Assembly: GCF_000253055.1 (NCBI RefSeq)
Contig: NC_016070.1
Span: forward strand, 570,001-602,000
Direction of reading: 5' to 3'
Length of the DNA stretch: 32,000 nt
Origin: Thermoproteus tenax Kra 1
Lineage (GTDB): Archaea; Thermoproteota; Thermoprotei; Thermoproteales; Thermoproteaceae
This document shows, in pieces, positions 1 to 8,738 of this stretch; position 1 is the stretch's first letter, and each line of letters starts with the position of its first letter. A program made the translations under genes and the position numbers. The notes beneath the pieces are model-generated. The model did no database searches, was not told where the DNA came from, and worked only from the letters and a program-made list of their open reading frames with translations.

Positions 1-8
1 GGGCGTTC

Positions 9-242
9 TTGAACACCGGATCGTTCTATGTCTTAAACGAGATGCCCAAGATCCTCGATATATTTGCCAAGCTCAGGCTCTCCCACGCCCTCGAAAGCGC
101 CGCGAGTGAGGTATCAGACGAGCCTCCCCCCTCGGCCGTAAACATCGTCTCACAACTGTTGTTAGACGAGGACGTGCGCAGGGGCCTTGCGTTCGTCATA
201 AAAGTAGCGAGGGAAATAGGCGTCTCTCTGAGGGCTAAATAG
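9..242 (+). CDS. hypothetical protein (possibly 3' part of a longer ORF)
   Basis: Open frame at window edge; no recognised domain; converges with the next gene. Confidence 0.4.
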   Translation: MNTGSFYVLNEMPKILDIFAKLRLSHALESAASEVSDEPPPSAVNIVSQLLLDEDVRRGLAFVIKVAREIGVSLRAK

Positions 243-612
243 GAACTTGAACCTCGACTTCGACCTCGGGCGGAGTCTGCGATCTATCCACTTTAATGTA
301 GACCTCCCTAGTGGGAGACCCCAGAGAATACCCGCTGTTCAGAGCCCAGAAGAGCACAGTTGCGTAGGCGTTGTCGACCTTCTCTGCGGATCCCGCAAAT
401 TTATATACAGCCATCCTAGCAGAGGGCAGAGTCTTGTCTCCGTTTGGGTCTGGGGAGAAGACCTCGACCACCATGTTGTTGCCCTCCTTTCCGTGGAAGA
501 CTAGTATCACGCCCGGCTTGAGATCTTGCAGAAGGGCCGCCCTATTGGGGACTCTCTTCATTGCGCTGAACCCTCTAACCTCTTGAACTTCTTTGACCTC
601 GACTTGGGGCAT
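235..612 (-). CDS. conserved hypothetical protein
   Basis: 125-aa ORF with protein-like composition; no recognised domain. Confidence 0.55.
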   Translation of the reverse strand: MPQVEVKEVQEVRGFSAMKRVPNRAALLQDLKPGVILVFHGKEGNNMVVEVFSPDPNGDKTLPSARMAVYKFAGSAEKVDNAYATVLFWALNSGYSLGSPTREVYIKVDRSQTPPEVEVEVQVPI

Positions 613-638
613 GGGGCCAAGGTTTATCTATCAAATAA

Positions 639-1334
639 ATGTTGATGGCCCCCAGGCCCGGAGACGTAGTGTATAAGTTCGAGGGGCCGTTGAAGCTTGT
701 CGAAATAGTGGACCGTCCAAACCGCTTTCTAGTTAGAGTGACTGAGAGCGGGACAATCAAGCTGTGCCACCTCCACGACCCCGGCAGATTGCCGGAGTTA
801 GTGAGGCCTGGAGCAGAGACTCTCGTGAGGCCCACGAGAGGCGCCAAGACGGACTGCTCCGTAACGGCAATAAGGGCGCCCAACGGACACTGGGTAGTCG
901 CGGACAGCCGTATACACAGCGCTATCGCTAGGAAGTTCTTAGGCGAGGGAGCAGAACAGGAGGTGAAAGTGGGCGGCCACAGACTGGACTTCAAGCTGGG
1001 CGATACATATATAGAGGTCAAGGGATGTACCTTGGTTATTGACGGCGTTGCTCTGTTTCCTGACGCTCCAACGAGGCGGGGGGCGGAGCACATGTCGTTG
1101 CTCAAATCCTTGATAGAGGCTGGCTACAGAGCCAAGGTTATCGTCTTGGTCATGAGACCTGATGCGTTGTGCTTCTCTCCGAACTGGCGGACTGACCCGC
1201 GGTTTGCGGGCGCGTTCGTCGACTTGATAGACGCAGGCGGCGAGGCGGCTGTATATAAGTTTGAGTTTGCAGAGGACGGCTCAGTCGTCTACGCCGGCGA
1301 CATCGGGCTGTGCCCAAACTGGAGGAAGCGCTAG
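639..1334 (+). CDS. sfsA: SfsA family DNA-binding/nuclease-like protein
   Basis: SfsA hallmarks: RPNRFLVRV, HLHDPGRLPEL, VKGCTLV, ALFPDAPTRRGAEHMSLL, VLVMRPDALCFSPNWRTDPRF. Confidence 0.93.
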   Translation: MLMAPRPGDVVYKFEGPLKLVEIVDRPNRFLVRVTESGTIKLCHLHDPGRLPELVRPGAETLVRPTRGAKTDCSVTAIRAPNGHWVVADSRIHSAIARKFLGEGAEQEVKVGGHRLDFKLGDTYIEVKGCTLVIDGVALFPDAPTRRGAEHMSLLKSLIEAGYRAKVIVLVMRPDALCFSPNWRTDPRFAGAFVDLIDAGGEAAVYKFEFAEDGSVVYAGDIGLCPNWRKR

Positions 1335-1370
1335 GGGGCAATACATATAAATAAGGCATAGAGGACGCTT

Positions 1371-2093
1371 GTGGATATTATCTACTTAGTTCTAGCGGCC
1401 CTTCTAGGTTTAGAGATATGGACCGCCATCTACATCTACAGAGGGCTCAAGTCTATAGAGTCTGTGGTATATCCTGTGCTCGCAAACTCGATATGGATAC
1501 GCGAGAACAACAACGCGGTCGTCGAGGTTTTGGCCGATATATTAGCCGCGCGGGGGGTAATAAACTCCGACGAAAGAACCCTCTTGACGTCGCTTGTGCG
1601 CCAGTCTAGGCTGACTCTAAGCGATTTGGACAAAGCTGAGGAGCTCCTAAACAAGAGGCCGGAGGAGCTGACCTCGGAGGATATAAAGGAGTTGAAGCGC
1701 ATAGCTTCCGCTTTGTTAACGTGGCCCACGCGGAAGGCGGTGCGGTTGGCCATACGCCTGTTGTCCTATGTCTCGCAACTTGAGAACGACCGCGGAGTCC
1801 TCTCCGCGGATAAGGTGGAAGTCTCCTACATCGCTGAGACGTGTACGATCAAACTACAAGTAAAGAGGGGCGAGACCGTCGAGACGCTAGAGGAGGCCGA
1901 TGAGGAGTGTGTAGACAAGAGGGCCTCAGCCCTGAGGGAGCTCGCGCGTAAACGGGACGTTAACAACGCCAGAGATGCTCTCTCTATGTACGCGTTGTGT
2001 AAAACTAGGCAGGACGCTGGGTGTAGGTCGTTGATGTCCAAACTGAGCCCCCTGGAGAGGAAGTCGCTCGATTTTCTGTTAAATGGGCAATAG
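1371..2093 (+). CDS. hypothetical protein with N-terminal membrane anchor
   Basis: 240-aa ORF, N-terminal hydrophobic segment (IYLVLAALLGLEIWTAIYI) followed by a charged helical domain. Confidence 0.6.
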   Translation: MDIIYLVLAALLGLEIWTAIYIYRGLKSIESVVYPVLANSIWIRENNNAVVEVLADILAARGVINSDERTLLTSLVRQSRLTLSDLDKAEELLNKRPEELTSEDIKELKRIASALLTWPTRKAVRLAIRLLSYVSQLENDRGVLSADKVEVSYIAETCTIKLQVKRGETVETLEEADEECVDKRASALRELARKRDVNNARDALSMYALCKTRQDAGCRSLMSKLSPLERKSLDFLLNGQ

Positions 2094-2550
2094 ACAGTTC
2101 CCTCCCGCCTCGGTGGATCAAGTCTTGGGTCTCCTGAAGGTATTGAAGTCTCTCGGAGGCAGAACCGACATTTACCGCATAGATGAAGAGGTTGAGATAG
2201 ATTTCGATGAGCTGAGCAACGCGGTCAACGCGGCGAAGATCTTGGGGCTCGTCGTGACGGAGGGAGGGGACGTGGAGCTCACGGAGCTGGGGGACAGAGT
2301 TCTCCGCGAGGGGCTCGAGGGCGTAAGAGATCTATTAGCTAGACGTGTAGCAGAGCTCAGCCCATTTGCTGAGATTCTAAGCAGACTGAGGGCTCAGGGC
2401 ACTCTAAAGCTCGAGGAGGTGGTCAAGCTCCTATGCGCCCTGGGATACTGTGATGATATCCTTGTGAGGAGGATGTTAGGTTGGGGCGTCCAGTTGGGGG
2501 TTCTATACATCTCCTCCGACAGCGTGATGCCGGCTCAAGAAACTTCGTAA
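2083..2550 (+). CDS. AAA-associated domain-like protein (ABC-ATPase C-terminal type)
   Basis: Two-part winged-helix-like sequence (VLGLLKVLKSLGG.TDIYRI, then ILSRLRAQGTLKLEEVVKLL) resembling C-terminal AAA-associated domains; overlaps the upstream gene. Confidence 0.5.
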   Translation: MGNRQFPPASVDQVLGLLKVLKSLGGRTDIYRIDEEVEIDFDELSNAVNAAKILGLVVTEGGDVELTELGDRVLREGLEGVRDLLARRVAELSPFAEILSRLRAQGTLKLEEVVKLLCALGYCDDILVRRMLGWGVQLGVLYISSDSVMPAQETS

Positions 2551-2894
2551 TGGATATTTTTCTATTTAAAAATTTACAATGATCTATATCTCCATGGATA
2601 CAGATGGCGGGACTTCTAGGTCTGGGAGATGTCATCGCCACAATATCCAGCCCCAAGGTTCCCTTCGTCTAATTCTTGGCTCCGTCAGGAAATCTTGAAA
2701 GAACTCCGCCGACTTCGGCACGCCGTTCAGAGGCCACTCCGAAAAAGGCGACGATCTTGAGAACCTATAGAGGAGGGGCCGGGTCTGTTCAAGGAGACAA
2801 CCAAGTGGTCGAAGACCTTGGGCACAACGACCGCGCCGCCCTAAAGGGCGAGGCTTGTTGTTCGTGATGTCAAAGGCGGAGCATTAATTTATTA

Positions 2895-3464
2895 ATGGAG
2901 AGGTGTTCCTCTGTGTCCTTCAATTTAGTGGTCGCCACTGGGTGGCGTCAGGAGCGTATGTGTATGGAGGAGCTCTACAAGGTGGGGGACATATTGGGCA
3001 AAAGGGTAGTTGAAGTTTGGTTCACAGGCTTTGACGGCTTAATCACGGGCCGGGTTGACGGCGATCCGATTGAGTTCGTGAGAGGCCTCGCGGAGTTGGT
3101 GACCTCTGGATACTACGTCCCCAAGTATATACTGAGGGCGACGCCCATTATGATAGTGGTCAAGACCGACTTAGATGAAATAAACAGAGCTGCGGCAGAG
3201 TTGGCCGCCAAATACATAGGGCCCAACGAGAGCTTCAAGATCGAGCTGAAAAAGAGGGGGGTCAAGTACGATAGATTGGCAGTGATAGACTACGTGGCTA
3301 AGGCCATCGATAGAAGAGTAGATCTGACGCGCCCCGATAAGTACCTCTGGATAGAGATGTTCCCCACGCGCACGGGGCTGTCCGTGCTTAAGGAGGGCGA
3401 AAGCTTCTCTCTGATGAGGATGAAGGTCGGCGAGGGCCATGGAGGAGGGGAACAGAGCAGTTGA
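2895..3464 (+). CDS. hypothetical protein
   Basis: 189-aa ORF; start uncertain (an internal ATG before CMEELYKVGD is plausible). Confidence 0.5.
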   Translation: MERCSSVSFNLVVATGWRQERMCMEELYKVGDILGKRVVEVWFTGFDGLITGRVDGDPIEFVRGLAELVTSGYYVPKYILRATPIMIVVKTDLDEINRAAAELAAKYIGPNESFKIELKKRGVKYDRLAVIDYVAKAIDRRVDLTRPDKYLWIEMFPTRTGLSVLKEGESFSLMRMKVGEGHGGGEQSS

Positions 3465-4047
3465 GGGCGTAAGGATAAGATACCTCCGGGATGGGTCCGG
3501 GCCGCCCATAGTGCTCCTCCACGGCTATTCCTTCAACGCAGACGATTGGTTCACGTCCGGTATCGCTCCAGAGCTAGCCAAGGAATACGCCGTCTATGCC
3601 TTCGACATGCCCTACGGCGCAAAGTCGAAAAGCTCCAGATTTAGGGCGAGCCCAAGGGAATACGCAGGTTTTCTCAAGAGACTGTTAGAGGCCTTCTCGT
3701 TAGACAGACCTCCCATAGTGGGCCCCTCTATGTCAGGCGAGGTTCTCCTGTGGTATGCGGCGTTGGGATATCCCACTGTGTTGCCAGTGGTCGTTGGACC
3801 TGTGGGGTTGGACGACGCTGAGCTCCAATCTGCTCTCTCCAAATATCGGGGGCCCCTCGTGTCCATATGGGGGGAGGGGGACAAGATCTCGCCCCCCTCG
3901 ATCTACGCGCCCCTCTTGAGGAGGCTCGTGCCCTCGGCTAACATAGTCGTAATGCCCAACGCGGGTCACCCCGCCTATTTAGATCGCCCTCAGGAATTTC
4001 TAGACGTCTTGAGGACGTACCTAAGAGAGTTTAACTACGCTACGTAA
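3439..4047 (+). CDS. alpha/beta hydrolase fold protein
   Basis: Oxyanion motif IVLLHGYSFNADDW, nucleophile elbow GPSMSGE, catalytic D/H region WGEGDKI...NAGHPAYLD. Confidence 0.85.
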   Translation: MEEGNRAVEGVRIRYLRDGSGPPIVLLHGYSFNADDWFTSGIAPELAKEYAVYAFDMPYGAKSKSSRFRASPREYAGFLKRLLEAFSLDRPPIVGPSMSGEVLLWYAALGYPTVLPVVVGPVGLDDAELQSALSKYRGPLVSIWGEGDKISPPSIYAPLLRRLVPSANIVVMPNAGHPAYLDRPQEFLDVLRTYLREFNYAT

Positions 4048-4076
4048 AATTTATATCTGGCACATCCCGTCCGTTC

Positions 4077-4775
4077 ATGTCTCAGGAGGTAGTTGATAGG
4101 GCCCAGATCGCTAAAGAGGTAGGCAAAGCGACGGCGAGACTCGTCGAGTGGATAGTTCTGTACGTTGTAGTCGCTGCAGCAATAAACGGCTTCTTGATCC
4201 CCTATCTGAACAACCTATTGAGCCAAGTCAAAATCCCATATATCACACCGACCAACTCAACTACGGCGTCCCCGTCGGCCTCCTCTGGTGGTCCTCTTAC
4301 GCCATACGCGCCATACATCAACATACTACTCGCCTTGGCTTTCGGCTACCAGATAGTCATGGCCTTCGCAAACGTGATGTATTGGAACCTCCGCCTAAAG
4401 TACGACCACTCCACAGCTACGTCAATCAAGAGCATGGTGAGACTCATAGGGATCGGCGCAATGGTGGCGGCCATAGCCGGAGGCGTGGCCGGCGGAGCTG
4501 CAGGTGTCGCGCTCGGCGGCTTCCTAGCCTTAGTCATAGGCTTCGCCACACAACAGGTCCTGGGTCAGGCTATTGCTGGCCTCTATGTTCTGCTCGCTAG
4601 ACCTTTCAAGATAGGCGACATAGTGAACATCGGGGGCGACCAAGGCCCCATCAAAGAGATCACTACCTTGTACACTATAATGGACAAGGGAGACCAGATA
4701 GCGCTGATTCCTAATAACACGATAGTCGGAAGCAAGCTGTATATCCTAAAGCAGGGCCAACAACCAAAACAATAA
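4077..4775 (+). CDS. small MscS-like mechanosensitive ion channel protein
   Basis: TM helices plus RPFKIGDIVNIGGDQGPIKEITTLYTIMDKGDQIALIPNNTIVGSKL (MscS beta-domain signature). Confidence 0.8.
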   Translation: MSQEVVDRAQIAKEVGKATARLVEWIVLYVVVAAAINGFLIPYLNNLLSQVKIPYITPTNSTTASPSASSGGPLTPYAPYINILLALAFGYQIVMAFANVMYWNLRLKYDHSTATSIKSMVRLIGIGAMVAAIAGGVAGGAAGVALGGFLALVIGFATQQVLGQAIAGLYVLLARPFKIGDIVNIGGDQGPIKEITTLYTIMDKGDQIALIPNNTIVGSKLYILKQGQQPKQ

Positions 4776-4776
4776 G

Positions 4777-5625
4777 CTATATTTTTTCGAATATTAATGC
4801 ATAAATATGTCCAAGATCGCTATATTCTACTTCTTTCATTTTGGCGAAATATCTTCTCACTTCGTCGGGGCTCATCTTGAGGTAGCTCGGCGGCCCGAAC
4901 AAAGTGCCCGGTTTATGTTCGATTATTAGGATATGCCCGCCCGCCTTCAATATACGCTCCACCTCCCTTACGGCGGCCTCTTTGTCCAACAAGTCGTGGA
5001 AGACGTTGGACATAACGGCGAGGTCTACGGCCTCCTTGGGTATCGACGTATGGAGCACGTCCTCTTTAAGTATGATGAGATTGGGCGCCCCTATTTTGGC
5101 CACCTCCTTTAGTGCATCTTCATCTAGATCGATGCAATATACTCTGGAGGCGAAGTCCTTAAGCACGTCGCACAGCCTGCCGGCGCCGCAGCCTAAGTCG
5201 GCCGCCACTCCTCCCTTAGGTAGATATTTCGCTATAAGGGCGTACTCGTCCTCCGAAACTCCGCGCCACATCCGACCGTGGCCATGCTCGCCGTGTGTAG
5301 GAGCCACGGCCTCCTTCAACAGCCCCTGCGCAAATAGCTTGACGGCCTCCTCCGACGACCCTTGGAAGATATAGATCTTCATGCCCCAGTTCCTCGCTAT
5401 CTGGAGACCTCTCGGGCCTATTTCGGATGCGATGAACGCTTGAGCCCCCCTCCTCCTGGCCTCGGCTAACGCCGCCGCCCCCCTGGCCATTCTGGCATAT
5501 TTGGCCGGGTTTTCCACCCTCTCGATCAATCTATAGCCCCCGCCCCCAACTTCGTATATGGCGATCTCCTCCGACTCGCCAGGTCCATCTACATAGCCCT
5601 TGGTTTCCGATATCGCTATTCTCAT
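4777..5625 (-). CDS. fusion of NifX/dinitrogenase Fe-Mo cofactor biosynthesis-like domain and class I SAM-dependent methyltransferase
   Basis: N-terminus MRIAISETKG...ALAEARRRGAQAFIASEIGPRGLQIARNWGMKIYI is NifX-like; C-terminus has VAADLGCGAGRL, VYCIDLDEDAL and ILKAGGHILIIEH (methyltransferase motifs). Confidence 0.8.
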   Translation of the reverse strand: MRIAISETKGYVDGPGESEEIAIYEVGGGGYRLIERVENPAKYARMARGAAALAEARRRGAQAFIASEIGPRGLQIARNWGMKIYIFQGSSEEAVKLFAQGLLKEAVAPTHGEHGHGRMWRGVSEDEYALIAKYLPKGGVAADLGCGAGRLCDVLKDFASRVYCIDLDEDALKEVAKIGAPNLIILKEDVLHTSIPKEAVDLAVMSNVFHDLLDKEAAVREVERILKAGGHILIIEHKPGTLFGPPSYLKMSPDEVRRYFAKMKEVEYSDLGHIYALIFEKI

Positions 5626-6536
5626 ATTTCCGATATTCTTTTCTCTAATTTAAAGTTTCTCACTACTTCCGCTATTCTGACGGCTTGCCAAGTCTCGGGC
5701 GGATTATGAGTTCTGACTACGTCGGCTCCGTTGAGCACCGCTATTGCCTCGGCGGCTACGGAGCCAGGAAGCACCTCCTCCGGCGAGCTGGCGCCGACTA
5801 TCCTCCTGATGAAGGTCTTTCTGGACACGCCAATGAGTATCGGTCTTCCGAGCTGTCTCAGCCTTTCGAGGTTTGCTATTATGTAGCTGTCCCAACGCCA
5901 CCAAGGCCAGTTTGGATCTCCGTGCCTTAGCTCGCCTTGGACTACGTAGGGCTCATCTCTGGGAGGAAGCACTGGAAAGCCTATCCCTGGATCCACAATG
6001 ATTTTATCGGGCTCCACTCCGCACTTAGTCGCGAGATCTATACTCTCTTTCAACGCCTCCATCACTCGGTCGATGGGATCGACGCCGGCCTTGGGGGCGC
6101 GCTCTCTAGCCATCAGTATGAGCGCTACGTCGTAGTCCTTCGCCACCTTGCACATCTCTGGATACATTTTGAGACCGGTGACGTCGTTTATAGCCACAGC
6201 GCCCGCCTTTATGGCCTCCTCGGCCACTCTCGGCCTATATGTGTCTACACTTATTGGTATATCAAAGTTTTGCGCCAGCGCTCTGATTATGGGCGTCACG
6301 CGCCTTGCCTCCTCGTCTTGCGTAACCCAAGTGTGCTTGTAGGGAGCTGTCGACATACCCCCCACGTCTATTATATCGACGAACCTCGCCCAACTCTCCA
6401 CCCGCCTTAGTGCCTCGTCGGCCTCCCTGACCACTGAGCCCGAATAGAAGGACTCTGCCGAGGCGTTGATTATACCCATGATCCTCACCGGCTCGCCTCC
6501 GCCGATCTTAAGCTTGCCCAATCGGGCGAATCCCAT
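5622..6536 (-). CDS. folP: dihydropteroate synthase-like pterin-binding protein
   Basis: IMGIINASAESFYSG, DIIDVGGMSTAPY, PISVDTYRP, INDVTG, IIVDPGIGFP and ILIGVSRKTFIR match the DHPS family. ORF is open to 6626 but MGFARLGKLKIGG is the likelier start. Confidence 0.85.
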   Translation of the reverse strand: MGFARLGKLKIGGGEPVRIMGIINASAESFYSGSVVREADEALRRVESWARFVDIIDVGGMSTAPYKHTWVTQDEEARRVTPIIRALAQNFDIPISVDTYRPRVAEEAIKAGAVAINDVTGLKMYPEMCKVAKDYDVALILMARERAPKAGVDPIDRVMEALKESIDLATKCGVEPDKIIVDPGIGFPVLPPRDEPYVVQGELRHGDPNWPWWRWDSYIIANLERLRQLGRPILIGVSRKTFIRRIVGASSPEEVLPGSVAAEAIAVLNGADVVRTHNPPETWQAVRIAEVVRNFKLEKRISEI

Positions 6537-6703
6537 AAATTTATCCTCCTTTTTTCTTTTAGTGGCACCTTGTCCGCGACTTAATAGCCGCCGTTGCCGC
6601 GGACTCTGAGTACGAGAAAAGGGCAAGGGACTTCGGTCTGTCCCTAATAGACAGATGTATAACGGCCAAGGGGCTGGAGAAAGCGTGTTGTCTAAAGCTT
6701 CTT

Positions 6704-6991
6704 ATGGAGTTGGGCATCCAGTTGGCGTACTTAAGGCGGTTTCCGCCCGACAAAAGGATGGAAGTATTGAGGAGGAGGGAGAGGAGGGGCCTCGCGTTTA
6801 ATATGTCCATGTTGGAGAGGAGCGGACTACCGGGCCCTCATAAGGCCAGGATACTCAGGACCTACCTCAAGGTGGCCGCCTACGTGCACCCAACCACTAG
6901 GGCCATGTCTGACAATATCGATGAAGAGCTAGAGAGAAGAGCTCTGGAGTCCATCCACTTAATATTCAAGGCAGTAGTAAAAAATAAGTAG
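6704..6991 (+). CDS. hypothetical protein
   Basis: 95-aa ORF; coding-like sequence continues upstream to about 6602 without an obvious start codon. Confidence 0.45.
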   Translation: MELGIQLAYLRRFPPDKRMEVLRRRERRGLAFNMSMLERSGLPGPHKARILRTYLKVAAYVHPTTRAMSDNIDEELERRALESIHLIFKAVVKNK

Positions 6992-6994
6992 AAC

Positions 6995-7306
6995 TTGATA
7001 GTTGTGCAACGGATCACCAAGAGCAAGACCTTTGTGTTTGAGGCGCCCATCAGCGATGAGATAGTGGCTAAGTTGAAGCAGTGGGGCCAAGTATCGACTA
7101 GCGCCGCTCTGACGGTCTTCACCTTGGGGTCGGGCGAAGTTCGAATCAGGGTTATCAGAGACACCCCCTCAGTTAAGGTCAGGAGGATCTCGATAAAGCC
7201 GGAGTGCGGCTGCGTCTTAGAGCTGGACGAAGTTAGGGAGTTCGAGAAGGGCACGGTCTACTATAGATACATAGGATACAAGCCCTGCGAGGCCCATAAG
7301 TCCTAA
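6995..7306 (+). CDS. conserved hypothetical protein
   Basis: 103-aa ORF directly downstream of the previous one; no recognised domain. Confidence 0.5.
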   Translation: MIVVQRITKSKTFVFEAPISDEIVAKLKQWGQVSTSAALTVFTLGSGEVRIRVIRDTPSVKVRRISIKPECGCVLELDEVREFEKGTVYYRYIGYKPCEAHKS

Positions 7307-7329
7307 AACTTAATACGAAAGTTCTATAG

Positions 7330-8565
7330 GTGAGGCTCTACGTTGAGACGTATGGCTGTTGGCTCGCCAAGGCAGACGCCGAGATTATAGCTAGAAGGCT
7401 AGGCGGCACCAGAGTAGATAGACCTGAGGACGCTGACGTTGTCCTCATGTATACATGCGCCGTTAGAGAGGACGGCGAGATCAGACAGCTTAAGAGGATA
7501 AGAGAGTTGGCCTCTAAGAGCCTCATTGTGGCCGGGTGTCTCGCTAAGGCGCGCCCCTACACAATAAGACAGTTGGCCCCCAGCGCCCAGCTCATATATC
7601 CCAACGAGGTGGAGGGCGGACGGGAGAGAACGATGTCCGCCCTGCCGGAGCCGGACGGCTCCGTGATATATACAGTTCCACTCCAAGTCGGCTGTCTGGG
7701 AAACTGCACCTTCTGTGTCACCAAATACACGCGCGGAGGCGCTGGCTATGTCAAGAGTGCACGCCCGGACCAAGTCGTGGAGCACGTTAAGAGGGCTGTG
7801 GCAAAGGGAGCCAGAGAGATCTACCTCACCGGTCAAGACGTAATAACCTACGGCTTTGACGCCAGGTGGCAGAGAGGCTGGAATCTGCCCGATCTTCTTG
7901 AGAGGATACTCAGAGAGGTCGACGGCGATTACAGAATCAGGATCGGAATGTCGGAGCCCTGGGTCTTCGGCAAGTTTGTCGACCAGATACTAGATATCGT
8001 GAAAAGCGACGAGAGGGTCTACCGGTTTTTCCATCTGCCCGTTCAGTCGGGCAGCGACAGAGTGCTGAGGAGGATGGGCCGGCGCTACACGGCCCAAGAA
8101 TATAGGGAGTTGGTGTTGAAGATAAAGAGAGAGTTAAACGACGACGTGTTCATAGCCACGGACATAATTGTGGGCTTCCCGGGCGAGACCGAGGAGGACT
8201 TCCAAGAGACTCTCAAGCTTATGGAGGAGCTCGTTTTCGATAAAGTACACGTGGCGCGATACAGCAGAAGGCCCTTCACAGAGGCTTCGGTTATGCCCGA
8301 CCAAGTTCCCGACGCAGTCAAAAAGGAGAGGAGCAAAAGGGCCTCCTCCCTCGCATTGGAGCTCGCCCTGAGGAGGAACCAACGGTTTGTGGGAAGGCGC
8401 ATCAGAGTGTTGGTCGACGAAATAGACCACGGACTGTTGGTAGGGAGGGCGCACGACTATAGACAGGTCGTTGTGGGCCGCGGCGAGGGCCCCCTCGGCG
8501 TCTTTGAAGATGTGATGGTCGTGAAAGCAGAGCCGGTCTACCTCTGGGCCTATCCCGCCGCCTAG
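7330..8565 (+). CDS. threonylcarbamoyladenosine tRNA methylthiotransferase (archaeal e-MtaB/CDKAL1-like radical SAM)
   Basis: N-terminal MTTase domain (VETYGCWLAKADAEI), radical SAM CLGNCTFC, HLPVQSGSDRVLRRMGRRYTAQEY, DIIVGFPGETEEDF, and a C-terminal TRAM-like segment. Confidence 0.93.
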   Translation: MRLYVETYGCWLAKADAEIIARRLGGTRVDRPEDADVVLMYTCAVREDGEIRQLKRIRELASKSLIVAGCLAKARPYTIRQLAPSAQLIYPNEVEGGRERTMSALPEPDGSVIYTVPLQVGCLGNCTFCVTKYTRGGAGYVKSARPDQVVEHVKRAVAKGAREIYLTGQDVITYGFDARWQRGWNLPDLLERILREVDGDYRIRIGMSEPWVFGKFVDQILDIVKSDERVYRFFHLPVQSGSDRVLRRMGRRYTAQEYRELVLKIKRELNDDVFIATDIIVGFPGETEEDFQETLKLMEELVFDKVHVARYSRRPFTEASVMPDQVPDAVKKERSKRASSLALELALRRNQRFVGRRIRVLVDEIDHGLLVGRAHDYRQVVVGRGEGPLGVFEDVMVVKAEPVYLWAYPAA

Positions 8566-8738
8566 CGCTGGGCCGAGCGCATTGACGCTGAGGAGACATG
8601 CCGTATAGAGAGGCGCAGCTGTATATTCGCCTTTGTCCCCGTTGTGGAGCCAAGATGAAATAGTGAAAGCGCACAAACAGACACAACATCCCCGGCTCTA
8701 GGCTCTGAAGCTGCAAAGGGGGCGCGACCGGAAGATGA

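Noticed and set aside
2551-2895. Intergenic block examined as a possible RNase P RNA
   Set aside because: The universally conserved core motifs and P4 pairing could not be found by eye on either strand. A T-type minimal RNase P model would need Infernal to exclude formally.
4077-4775. MscS-like protein considered truncated by mutation
   Set aside because: The ORF is in a compact context with a normal start and stop. Short MscS-domain proteins lacking the C-terminal cage are plausible in archaea.
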